Source: Hemiscyllium ocellatum | Lineage: Eukaryota | Direction of reading: 5' to 3' | Assembly: GCF_020745735.1 (NCBI RefSeq) | Contig: NC_083445.1 | Coordinates: forward strand, 2,108,001-2,172,000 | DNA length: 64,000 nucleotides | In this document: positions 1 to 11,664 of the stretch, piece by piece | Layout of the letters: every line of letters begins with the position of its first letter | Position numbering within the stretch: position 1 is the stretch's first letter | Notes under the pieces: generated by a model | The model's database searches: none | What the model was told of the DNA's origin: nothing | What the model saw: only the letters and a program-made list of their open reading frames with translations | Position numbers and translations under genes: made by a program

Positions 1-283
1 GAATCAGGCTCTTCAGACCAACAATCCACACCGACCCTCTGAACAGTAACCCACACAGACCCATTCCCCAACTCCCTACTGATGCACCTATCACTATGGG
101 CAATTTAGCATGGCCAATTCACCTGACCTGCACATCTTTGGACTGTTGGAGAAAACCGGAGCACCCAGAGGAAACCTATGCAGAGATGGGGAGAATGTGC
201 AAACTCCACACAGGCAATTACCTGAGACGGGAATCGAACCCGGGTCCCTGGTGCTGAGGCAGCAATGATAACCATGGAGCCAC
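1..283 (-). mobile_element. HE1-type tRNA-derived V-SINE
   Basis: Reverse complement contains the tRNA-like head (TGGTTATCATTGCTGCCTCAGCACCAGGGACCCGGGTTCGATTCCCG) and the V-domain (GTGGAGTTTGCACATTCTCCCC...GGTTTCCTCTGGGTGCTCCGG). The same family recurs at 12662, 23558, 51753 and 52107. Confidence 0.9.
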
Positions 284-569
284 AGTACATTCCTGAGGTG
301 TGGAATGTGCCTGTGGAAGAACTCTTTTCATGTGGGGAAACTGTTGCACTCTGGTTACTACATTGGCTTAGCAGCACAAGCTGTTGGCTCTGAGGCGAGG
401 GGGGTCCAAGACCACTGTACTTTTATTGAAATGTATGTAATTTCAAAGAAGGTCTGGGTTTTACATATCAAAAAACAGAAACCAGCATATCCCATTCTAA
501 AAGATGAAATATTTAATCTAAAACTGTTTAATGTATCACATCTCTGTAACACTGGACTCCCTTGGCTAT

Positions 570-722
570 AAATTCTGTGATCATGATCTTATGCTCCACA
601 ACCACCTGATAAAGGAACTACGCTCCAATAGCTAGTGCTTCCAAATAAACCCGTTGGACTATAGCCTGGTGTTGCGTGATTTTTAACCTTGTCCACCCCA
701 GTCCAACACTGGCGTCTCCAAG
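570..722 (+). mobile_element. Penelope-like element terminus (family B), degenerate hammerhead
   Basis: Matches copies at 18492-18655, 28290-28447 and 62110-62275. The core here is mutated (CCTGATAAAGGAACTACGCTCCAATAGCTAG). Confidence 0.7.
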
Positions 723-729
723 TCATGTA

Positions 730-1320
730 TCTCATTTAGTACAGTGATAGAGCCCACAGCACGATGAAGGGTATCCCCAATGTGAAAACAGCATTTTGTC
801 TCCACAAGGACGGCGTGGTGATCACTCCTACTATCTTGGATACACTGATCTGCAGCTGGCAAATTGGTGGGGATGAGGTCAAGTTTGCTTGTCCCTCTCA
901 TTGGTTTTCTCTTGACCTGCCACAGACCCAATCTAGCAGCAATGTCCTTCAGGACTTGAACAGCTCAGTCAGTGGTGATGCTGCTGAGTCACTCTAGACA
1001 ATGGATATTGAAGTGTCCCACCCAGAGTATATTCTGCACCCACAGTATATTCTGCACCCAGCTACCCTCAGTGCTTCCTCTAAATGATGTTCAAGATGGA
1101 GGAGTACAAATTCAGAACAGGAGGGGATTATGGTCATCAGCAGGAGGTTTCCTTGTCCATGTTTAACCAAATGTCGTGTCACTTTCTGGGGTCCAGAGTC
1201 AATGTTGGAGCCTCCCAGGACAACTTGTTGCTAACTGTATACCAATATGCCACTGCCTCTGTCACCCATCTGCCTACTTCAGCCTTGTAAATGACCTTGA
1301 CTTTGTCCTCCTCACAGTCT
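730..1320 (-). mobile_element. LINE ORF2 AP-endonuclease fragment
   Basis: Minus ORF 683-931 reads LWQVKRKPMRGTSKLDLIPTN...SDHHAVLV, matching the APE motif LxQxVxxPTRGxxxLDLILTN...SDH. Confidence 0.75.
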
Positions 1321-1329
1321 ACAATGTTT

Positions 1330-2190
1330 GAATTGAATTGAATTTATTGTCACATGTACCAAGGCACAGTGAAAAGCTTTGTCTTGCGAGCAATACAGGC
1401 AGATCACATCGTTAAGTAGCACAGATAAGTAAATAATAGGTAAATAGCAGCAAAAAGAAAAACACAGGTACTGGTGAATGTTAAGAGGTTGGGAGTCCCC
1501 AGTATTCTAACACCAATAGGGGAGAACCTGTTTCAAAACTGGCTGGTGCATGTGTTCAGGCTTCTGTACCTTCTCTCCAATGGTAGAGGTTGTAGATAAA
1601 CATTGCCAGGGTGGGAAGGATCTTTGAGAATGCTGCCGGCGTTTCCTTGACCTTGGGCCTGGTAGATGGAATCTAAAGTTGGGAGGTTGGCCTCAGTAAT
1701 TGTCCAGGCTGAGTTCACCACTCTCTATAACTGTCTCTGATCTTGAATGGTACAGTTGTCATACCAGGTAGTGATACATCCAGACAGAATGCTCTCTGCA
1801 CCTATAAACGTTGGCAAGGGTATTCACCGTCATGCTAAATTTCTTCACCTGCCTGAGGAAGAAGAGATGTTGTGGGGCCTTTGTAACCAGTGTGTCCACA
1901 TGAAGAGTCCAAGAAAACTTGTTGTGGATGACCACTCCCAGGAGCTTGACACTCTACTCATTCCACCTCTGTGCTGTTAATGTGTGTTGGGGGGTGGGGG
2001 GGGAGCATGAGTAACATCCCACCGAAAGTAAATCATGAGTTCCTTGATTTTACTGGCATTGAGAGCTAGATTATTCTCAGTGCACCATTTTTCCAGGTCT
2101 TCTACCTCCCTGTTTCATGGCCATCTGAGATTCGACTGACTATGGTGATGTCATTAGCGAACTTGTAAATGGCATTACTGTGCAACACAC
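1330..2190 (-). mobile_element. Rex1/Babar-type LINE 3' fragment
   Basis: Minus ORF 1533-1721 reads LPTLDSIY...SILKDPSHPGN...LPLERRYRSL, the typical Rex-Babar RT C-terminus. It ends in AATAAA followed by an (ATTCA)n tail. Confidence 0.8.
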
Positions 2191-3194
2191 CATAATCTAA
2201 CCTTAACTGTAAGTAGCAAGCATGTTACTACAAAGTTATGGAAGAAGTCAGTCACACCAGGGTGCATGTCTCTTATATGCAGTTAGGTACCTGAAGACAT
2301 GGATTTCTCAACTGGGTAGAACTTAATTAGGAGCAAGCATTTAATTCTGAGGAACATTGCTTTAATGAAATGGAAATACATGCAGAGAAGCCTCTTGACC
2401 CCTTTAGTCAGGGAATTCAAACCATCTTTAAGGTTGGAAAACTTAATTGCAAATGTTGACCTTGCCGTGAGATCCTGAAATGTTGGCCTTTTGCCCAGTT
2501 ATTTCCCCTGCCCACCATTCCTCTCATTTCCTCTTGGATCGCTCCTCCAAAACTTCACGGGCTTCCTGTGAAAGAGTGGGTCGACAAAATAAGTAGAGTC
2601 GAAAAACGTGGTGCTGGAAAAAGCACAGCAGATCAAGTGGTATCCAAGAAGCAAGAGAGTGAATATTTTGGGCACTGACACTTTAGGAATTGTCCAATTT
2701 ATCCAATGACAACCAAGTTTCTCAAACTGAACTAGTCCCACTTGCCTGTGTCTGGCCCAAATCCTTTTAAACTTTTCCTAATCATGTACCTGCCTTTTCA
2801 ATATTGTAACTGTACCGGCACCTACCAATTCCCTTGGCACTTCTATTTGTAGCTTCAACATTGTCAAAAATCAAGACGGTGCCCTCTGCTGGAAGCAGAA
2901 TGCTGAAACACTTATAGCTTGTTTCTGATCATTTCATCGCACTTTACACTAAGAATGTAGAACTACATAACTACAAAACTACCTAAGTAATACAGTGAGA
3001 TGGAAATGTAATCCCAACAAAATCAACTTTTTTAATGCAGAGGATTATCTATATTCTGATGTAGTTGACAGCTGTAACACTGTGAACTGGATTTTCCACT
3101 GCTACAGTGCCCAAAACCTAGAAACAAAAATGAAGGGAATATAGGACAGAGACCTGCTGCCAGATTTTCACCATTGTCAGCAAGTCAGAGAACT

Positions 3195-3658
3195 ATTCAC
3201 AGGCAGAACCTTTGAACATGCTGTCAGGTAAGGACGGTTTGAGTTATAAAGAAAGGCTGGATAGGCTGGGAGTTCTTTTCACTGGAGCATAGGAGGTACA
3301 TTGAAGTACACAAAATAATGAGGGCGATAGATGGAGGTAATGGCAGTTGGCTTTTCTCTAGGAAGGGGAATTTCAAGACTAGGAGACACATTTGTAAGGT
3401 GAGGTGAGACATTTAGAAAAAGATGGAGGAATCTTTTTTTTAACACAGAGAGTGGTTTGCATGTGGAATGAACTTCCTAAGGAAGTGGTGGATGTGCATA
3501 CAATTACAACGTTTAAAAGACATTTGGATAAGTACATGAATAGGAAAGACTTGGACAGATATGGGCCAGGAACAGGCAGGTAGGACTAGTTTAGTTTGGG
3601 ATTATGTTTGGCATGGACTGGTAGGACTGAAGGGTCTATTTCCGTGCTGTATGACTCT
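3195..3658 (+). mobile_element. CR1 (HER1-like) LINE 3' end
   Basis: Shares the 3' UTR and the terminal GTGCTGTATGACTCTA with the other CR1 copies in the window. Confidence 0.85.
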
Positions 3659-3714
3659 AACTGTGGGGAGCCAGTTTCCAAAAGATTCCTCAACTTCAAC
3701 TTCAATTATTATTT

Positions 3715-3830
3715 GTAGTGATCTGAACGGTGTCAGTCGAGTGGATCTTATAGAATCTAAGTTCCCTGATTGGGGCTGTTAACCTGGTCCAATCAGGGAG
3801 CCCTGACTGTTAGGGGTTCTGTTCACTCTA
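3715..3830 (+). mobile_element. Fragment of the LTR family seen at 53699 and 62962
   Basis: GTGGATCTTATAG...GGGCTGTTAACCTGGTCCAATCAGGGAGCCCTG matches the 5' part of both solo LTRs. Confidence 0.6.
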
Positions 3831-3864
3831 TGAGCCAAATCTGAGCTAGCTGGGTCAGTGTCAT

Positions 3865-4920
3865 GTAGGAGAAAGTGAGGACTGCAGAAGCTGGAGCTTA
3901 GAGCTTCAGTGGTTACTACACCAAACGCCATCCCCTGAAATATACTGTCTCTCTCATTTACTGGAGTCTTATGTCTAGTAGTGGCATTCCTGATGCCATT
4001 TCATGGCCTTCCCCACCAAGGATAGAATCCCTTTGCTCCTCACCTTCCAACCCACTAATCTCCAGATACAGTGCATCATCCTCCACCATTTCCACCACCA
4101 TCTGTCAGACCCCACCACCAGAGATACATTTCCCTCCCCAGCCCTATCAGCATTCCGCAGAGATCATTCTCTCTGCAACTCCCTAGTTACGTCCATGACC
4201 CCCACCAACCCACCCTCCACTCTTGGTACCTTCCCTTGCACCACAAGAAGTGTAAACCCTGCGCTCACACTTCTTGCCTCACTTCCACCCAAGGCCCCAA
4301 ATGATCCTTCCACATCAGACAGATTTTCCTGCACATCCAAACACCTGATCTACTGTGTCAGTTGCTCTCGATGCGGTCTCCTCTACTTTGGGGAGACAGG
4401 ATACCAACTCGTAGAATGTTTCAGAGAACATCTCTGGGACACACTTACCAAACAACCCCACTGCCCTGTGGCTGATTGCTTCAACTCTCCTCTCCCAAGT
4501 TTTGGGGCTCCTCCATTGCCAAACCATAGCCGCTCAATGCATGGAGGAAGAATGCTTCATCTTCTGTCTTGGGACCTGCCAATCACACGGCATCAACATC
4601 AATTACACCAGTTTCCTCATCTCCCCTCTCCCCCACCTCATCCGAGATCCAACCATCCAACTCGTCACTGCCCTGTTGATCTGTCCTACCTGTCCATCTT
4701 CCTTCTTACCAATCCACTCCACCCTCCACTCCAAGCTATCACCATCACCTCCCCACCTGCATATGACCATCGTCTTCCTAGCTACCATCCCCCCAACCCT
4801 ACCACCCACTCATATTTATCTCTCAGCCCCCTTTCCCCTCCCCCGTTATGCCTGAAACATCGACTCTCCTGCTCCTCAGATGCTGCCTGACAACTGTACT
4901 TTTCCAACACCACACTTTTC
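3865..4920 (+). mobile_element. Penelope-like element, 5'-truncated (GIY-YIG endonuclease and 3' terminus)
   Basis: ORF 4003-4890 contains LIYCVSCSRCGLLYFGETG...FREHL (GIY-YIG). The PLE C-terminal motif GININYTSFLIS occurs in a shifted frame. An inverted copy of the terminus lies at about 3865-3900. Confidence 0.85.
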
Positions 4921-5287
4921 GGCCTATTGTAAGCTCTAACCATGTGGCTTCATATGAGGAGCCTTCTAAAATGTCGAAATGTACTTAAAGCCTTTCGAAC
5001 CTTGAAAATTAACATTTTTAATGTTGAAAGATATATCAGGAGACTATTCATTTTTACTGTATCATTTTGTTTTCATATTCAGTTTTCCTTACAGTTTTTG
5101 GGCGGTGCAGTATAACACACATTGAGGGACTAAAGGGTGCTACTTACAGATAACATAAAACCGTTACTATTTAAAATGCAGCACACAATCATCCAACTGT
5201 CAAATAAACTTGTTTTGTGCATGTTGAAATCATCACTTACGGTCTCACTGATACACTTGTATCTGAAACTATCAAATTGAGCGATCG

Positions 5288-5348
5288 ATGCTTCTTAGCA
5301 GCATGTACAGCAACATAATCCTTTCAGTGCTGGCTTTCTGGATCCAAA
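5288..5348 (+). CDS. Signal-peptide exon (exon 1) of the ICAM/VCAM-like gene
   Basis: ATG at 5288 gives MLLSSMYSNIILSVLAFWIQ, then a phase-1 donor AA|GTGAGT at 5349. This is the usual phase for IgSF leader exons and is compatible with the downstream phase 1-1 Ig exons. Confidence 0.7.
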
Positions 5349-5449
5349 GTGAGTATCTGTGTTAAAGGAACTGCTTAACAACGAATTGTTCCCTGGATTA
5401 AAAAGTTAACTTCCAAGTGTTTAAAAACTTTAAGGACATTTCTTGCGCT

Positions 5450-5804
5450 GGACATGGGCATGTCTCTGTGGCACCTCCTGGATTTATTAAGTTAGTACTG
5501 GGTAAAAGGTAACCATTCATTCTGATGGTTCTGAAAACCATGCTTATTGAGACAGCCCTGAAGTTTAATTGCTTTATATCATGAAATGTCACACTAGAAA
5601 ACGTCTGTTCCTGACTCGTTCCCTCTCTAGCCTCTCTCCCATATTTCTCTCTCTAATTCCTTTGTAGTTCCTCTCATGTTTAACTAACTTCTTCCTCTCC
5701 TCAGCAAGTGATCATCTGCTTCTACCTAAAGTGCATACTAGCATGTTCTGTGAAATGTCTGGATCCTCAGCTGATGGATGAGAAAAAGGTGGTCATAGTG
5801 TACA
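5450..5804 (+). pseudogene. Decayed ICAM-type Ig domain 1 exon
   Basis: One frame gives HVSVAPPGFIKLVLGK, IETALK (5546-5563), NVTLENV and CSVKCLDPQLMDEKKVVIVY, followed by a phase-1 donor A|GTAAGT at 5805. In-frame stops lie at 5510, 5582 and 5612, and a CT-rich stretch of about 95 nt interrupts the domain (about 5610-5704). Confidence 0.6.
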
Positions 5805-6099
5805 GTAAGTATAAACTCAAGACCTGGCATTAAAGAAATACAGCGGTATGGGATAGCATTACTGATGATAAGTGGAACCTGTCTGATTTAGTTTAGGTTG
5901 ATACTGATTTAATAAAGAATGATTCTTCAGAGTGGAGTAAAACAGATTAATAGACAAATGCAGTTTCGTCCTTATCACAGCTGGGTTAATGAGCAGTTAT
6001 TGATCGAAGACAATGCAGATAACGTGGGTTTATTGTAGAAAGTCATGTAGGAATTTTTTAAAAACCAGTTGACCAAGATTCAGGAACCAGCATTTTTCT

Positions 6100-9000
6100 G
6101 TGAGGATGAAAGATAAGGATGGAAAGATTTGGTAACCTTGGTTTAGGTGTTGAAGGTGATTTCCTCGAATTCCAGGAGCAGCAATTACTATTTTATATGC
6201 TGTTGTATTGTTTTGGAATTTTGGGAAAAAAAAGTCAAAACAACAGCACTTTAAAAGGGAGAAGAGCAGACAAAGGAAGCACATGGAGAGGCCAGTGCAG
6301 GAGGGAGAGAGAGAGAACCTGCACTGTTACTGCCTTTGCTATTTGAATTTGTGTATCGCTGGACATCGCAGTGCATCTGGGAAAATTATCAAACAGTGAA
6401 ATTCACAACTAATCTTGGAGGAGCTGTTGGGCGAACTTCACAGCACAGAATCAGATAAGTTAATTGTTGTTTTAAATCTGTCCAAGAGAAAGGCTGCGGT
6501 AGTGAGTATAGTGGATTCTTTCTTGATTATACGTTTTTGGAGATAAGTCTCTTGACTAAACTTAAAATATAAGCCATAGCTATTAATTTAACCTGGGGCA
6601 GTGTTTGTAGAGGAATAAGACGGTGTTATTTTCTGGGTCTGTAGATTGTGAAGGAGCAAAAATGGCCTTTGCAGTGATATGTACTTCTTGTCAGATGTGG
6701 AAGTTTAAAGAGAGTTTAAGGGTTACTGCGGATTATATCTGCCATAAATGCTGTTGGATGCGACTCTTATCAGATCAAGTGGATCGGTTGGAGAGACAGA
6801 TAGAATTGATGAGGAATTTGCAACAGCAACAGTATGTGATGGACAACAGTTATAGGAAGGAGGAAAGTCTCAAAGTCATATAGATGGGTTAACTCCAGGA
6901 AGGGTGAGAGAGGTCAGCACCTCATGCAAGAATCTTTTGTGATATACCCATTTCAAACAGGTATGCTGTTTTGGAAAATGTAGGGGGTGATGGATTCTCA
7001 GGGGAACGTAGCAAGAACAGCCAAGTTTCTGCGATTGAGACGAGCTGTAATGCAACGAGGGGTACATCGGCTTCCAAGAGATCAATTGTGTTAGGGGATT
7101 CTGTAGTCAGAGGTACAGACAGATATTTCTGTGGCCAGCAGAGAAAAAGCAGAATGGTGGTGTTGTTTCCCTGGTGCCAGGGTCAAGGATGTCTCACAAA
7201 GGGTGCAGAATGTTCTCATGGGGGAGAGAGGCCAGCAGGAGGTCAGTGTCCACATTGGAATCAACAACATTGGAAGGGAAAAGGTTGAGATTCTGAAGGG
7301 AGATTGCAGAGAGTTAGGCAGAAATTTAAAAAGGAGGTCCTCAAGGGTAGTAATATCTGGATTACTCTCAGTGCTACAAGCTGTGAGGGCAGGAATAGGA
7401 GGATAGAGCAGATGAATGCATGGCTGAGGAGCTGGTGTATTGGAGAAGGATTCACATTTTTGGATCATTGGAATCTCTTTTGGGGTAGAAGTGACCTGTA
7501 CAAGAAGGACGGATTGCACCCAGATTGGAAGCGGATTAATATACTGGAATGGAAATTTGCTCAAACTGCTTGGGAGGATTTAAACTAGTAAGGTGGGGGG
7601 GGTGGGACCCAGGGAGATAGTGAGGAAAGAGATCGATCTGAGACGGGTACAGCTGAGAACAGAAATGAGTCAAACAGTCAGGGCAGGCAGGGACAAGGTA
7701 GGACTAATAAATTAAATTGCATTTATTTCAATGCAAGGGGCTTAACAGGGAAGGCAGATGAACTCAGGGCATGGTTAGCAACATGGGACTGGGATATCAT
7801 AGCAATTACAGAAACATGGCTCAGGGATGGGCAGGACGGGCAGCTTAATGTTCCAGGATACAAATGCTACAGGAAGGATAGAAAGGGAGGCAAGAGAGGA
7901 GGAGGAGTGGCATTTTTGATAAGGGATAGCATTACAGGTGTGCTCAGGGAGGATATTCCCGGAAATAGATCCAGGGAAGTTATTTGGGTGGAACCGAGAA
8001 ATAAGAAAGGGATGATCACCTTATTGGGATTGTATTATAGACCCCCCCAATAGTCAGAGGGAAATTGAGAAACAAACTTGTAAGGAGATCTCAGCTATCT
8101 GTAAGAATAATAGGGTAGTTATGGTTTTTTAACTTTCCAAACATCAACTGGGACTGCCATAGTGTTAAAGGTTTAGATGGAGAGGAATTTCTTAAGTGTG
8201 TACAAGACAATTTTCTGATTCAGTATGTGGATGTGCCTATGAGAGAAGGTGCAAAACTTGACCTACTCTTGGGAAATAAGGCAGGCAGGTGACTGAGGTG
8301 TCAGTGGGGGAGCACTTTGGGGCCAGCGACCATAATTCTATTCGTTTTAAAATAGTGATGGAAAAGAACAGACGAGATCTAAAAGTTGAAGTTCTAAATT
8401 GCAGAAAGGCCAATTTTGATAGTATTAGGCAAAAACTTTCAAAAGCTGATTGGAGGCAGATGTTCGCAGGTAAAGGGACGGCTGGAAAATGGGAAGCCTT
8501 CAGAAATGAGATGACAAGAATCCAGAGAAAGTATATTCCTGTCAGGGTGAAAGGGAAGGCTGGTAGGTATAGGGAATGCTGGATGACTAAAGAAATTGAG
8601 GGTTTGGTTCAGAAAAAGAAGGAAGCATATGTCAGGTACAGACAGGATAGATCGAGTGAATCCTTAGGAGAGTATAAAGAAAGTAGGAGTATACTTAAGA
8701 GGGAAATCAGGAGGGCAAAAAAGGGACATGAGATAGCGTTGGCAAATAGAATTAAGGAGAATCCAAAGGGTTTTTACAAATATATTAAAGACAAAAGGGT
8801 AACTAGGGAGAGAATAGGGCCCCTCAAAGATCAGCAAGGCGGCCTTTGTGTGGAGCCACAGAAAATGGGGGAGATACTAAATGAATATTTTGCATCAGTA
8901 TTTACTGTGGAAAAAGGGTATGAAAGATATAGACTGTAGGGAAATAGATGGTGACATCTTTCAAAATGTCCAGATTACAGAGGAGGAAGTGCTGGATGTC

Positions 9001-10590
9001 TTGAAATGGTTAAGAGTAGATAAATCCCCAGGACCTGATCAGGTGTACCCGAGAACTCTGTGGAAAGCTAGAGAAGTGATTGCTGGGCCCCTTGCTGATA
9101 TATTTGTATCATCGATAGTCACAGATGAGGTACTGGAAGACTGGAGGTTGGCAAACGTGGTGCCACTGTTTAAGAAGGGTGGTAAAGACAAGTCAGGGAA
9201 CTATAGACCGGTGAGCCTGTCCTCAGTGGTGGGCAAGTTGTTGGAGGGAATCCTGAGGGACAGGATGTACATGTATTTGGAAAGGCAAGGACTGATTAGG
9301 GCTAGTCAGCATGGCTTGGTACATGGGAAATCATGTCTCACAAACTTGATTGAGTTTTTTGAAGAAGTAACAAAGAAGATTGATGCGGGCAGAGCAGTAG
9401 ATGTGATCTATATGGACTTCAGTAAGGCATTTGACAAGGTTCCCCATGGGAGGCTGATTAGCAAGGTTAGATCTCATGAAATACAGGGAGAACTAGCCAT
9501 TTGGATACAGAACTAGCTCAAAGGTAGAAGACAGAGGGTGGTGGGTTGAAGGTTGTTTTTCAGACTGGAGACCTGTGACCACTGGAGTGCCACAAGGATC
9601 GATGCTGGGCCCTCTACTTTTTGTCATTTACATAAATGATTTGGATGCGAGCATAAGAGGTACAGTTAGTAAGTTTGCAGATGACACCAAAATTGGAGGT
9701 GTAATGGACAGCGAAGAGGGTTATCTCACATTACAACAGGATCTGGACCAGATGAGCCAATGGGCTGAGAAGTGGCAGATGGAGTTTAATTCAGATAATT
9801 GCGAGGTACCGCATTTTGGGAAAGCAAATCTTAGCAGGACTTAGACACTTAATGGTAAGGTCCTAGGGAGTGTTGCTGAACAAAGAGACCTTGGAGTGCA
9901 GGTTCATAGGCCCTTGAAAGTGGAGTCGCAGGTAGATAGGATAGTGAAGAAGGAGTTTGGTATGCTTTCCTTTATTGGTCAGAGTATTGAGTACAGGAGT
10001 TGGGAGGTCATGTTGCGGCTGTACAGGGCATTTGGTTAGGCCACTGTTGGAATATTGCATGCAGTTCTGGTCTCCTTCCTATCGGAAAGATGTTGTGAAA
10101 CTTGAAAGGGTTCAGAAAAGATTTAAAAGGATGTTGCCAGGGTTGGAGGATCTGAGCTACAGGGAGAGGCTGAACAGGCTGTTTTCCCTGGAGCATTGGA
10201 GGCTGAGGTTATAGACCTTAACAAGGTTTACAAAATTATGAGGGGCATGAATAGGATAAATAGACAAAGTCTTTTCCCTGGGGTTGGTGAGTCCAGAACT
10301 AGAGGGCATAGGTTTAGGGTGAGAGAGGAAAGATATAAAAGAGATCTATGGGGGTAATGTTTTTACGCAGAGGGTGGTACATGTATGGAATGAGCTGCCA
10401 GAGGAAGTGGTGGAGGCTGGTACAATGACAACATTTAAGAGGCATTTGGATGGGTATGTGAATAGAAAAGGTTTGGAGGGATATGGGCCGGGTGCTGGCA
10501 GGTGAGACTAGATTGGGTTGGAATATCTGGTCAGCATTGACGGGTTGGACCGAAGGGTCTGTTTCCATGCTGTACATCTCTATGACTCTA
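6100..10590 (+). mobile_element. Near full-length CR1 (HER1-like) LINE, inactivated
   Basis: ORF1 starts at ATG 6662 with a Cys finger (CTSC...CHKC), a coiled coil and an SGNH esterase (IVLGDSVVRG, HIGINNIG, DGLHP), ending at 7588. ORF2 has the APE (YFNARGL, ITETWL) and RT (NYRPVSL, DFSKAFDKV, GVPQGSMLGP, KFADDTK) motifs. Both ORFs carry frameshifts and stops. Confidence 0.95.
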
Positions 10591-10599
10591 AGTTTAAAT

Positions 10600-11660
10600 A
10601 AAAAGTAAGATTATTTAAGGTTTGGGAAACATAAATCAAATAAGGCCTTTGAAGAATATAAGGGAAGCAAAAAATATTTTTTTAAAAATTAGGAGGGCTT
10701 GAAGAGTCCATGAAACATGCTTGGCAAGTAGGATTAAGGAGATTCCCAAGGTATTTTATACACATATTAGAGCGGGAAGGTAATGACGGAAAGGGTAGAT
10801 CCATTCAAACACAAAGGAAGAAATTTGTGCATTGAGCCAGAAGAAGTGCGTGATGTCCTTAATTAGTACTTCACACCATATTCACCAAGGAGAAACACAT
10901 AAGGTTAGAGATCATAAGTTTAGAGCAGGTTTTGTTGATACTATAAGGCATGAAAATATTAAAAAGGAGATGTTGGTGTCTCAAAAAACATTAAGGTAGA
11001 TAAGTTCCCAAGGCCTGATGGGATTTATACCAAGATACAGAAGGAGGCAAGGGAGGACATTGCTGTGGCCTTGAAAAAACTCTTTGTATGGTCTTGAGCC
11101 ACTGGCGAGGTCCAAGAATACTGGCAAATAGCCAACGCTGTTCCTTTGTTTAAGAAGGACAACAGGGATAATCCAGGAAATTATAATCTGGTGAGCCTTA
11201 TATCAGTGGTAGGGATATTACTGGAGAAGATTCTTAGGGACAAGATTTATTTGCATTGTAAAAGAATGGACTTAATAGGGATAGTCAGTATGGTTTTATG
11301 GAAATATTATGAATTTTTTGAGGAAGTGACAAAGATGATGGATGAGGATTAGGCAACAGATGTTAGTTACATGGATTTCACTAAAGCATGTTACAAAGTC
11401 TCTCGTGGTAGGCTGGTTCAGAAAATCAAATCACATGGAATCCATGATGAATTGACAAGTTGGTTACAAAATGTGGCATGGCCAGAGAAGACAGGGAGTA
11501 TTTGTCAAAGGTTATTTTTCTGACTGAAGGTCTGTGACTAGTGGTGTTCTGTAAGGATTTAGCACAGGACCTCAGTTGTTGGTAATAAATAATTTAGATG
11601 AAAATGTCAGTGGTCTGATTAATAAGTTTGTAGACAATTTGATGAAGTTATGGATAGTGA
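10600..11660 (+). mobile_element. Degraded CR1 ORF2 fragment
   Basis: ORF 11146-11352 reads FKKDNRDNPGNYNLVSLISVVG...FFEEVTK; many indels. Confidence 0.8.
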
Positions 11661-11664
11661 GGAA

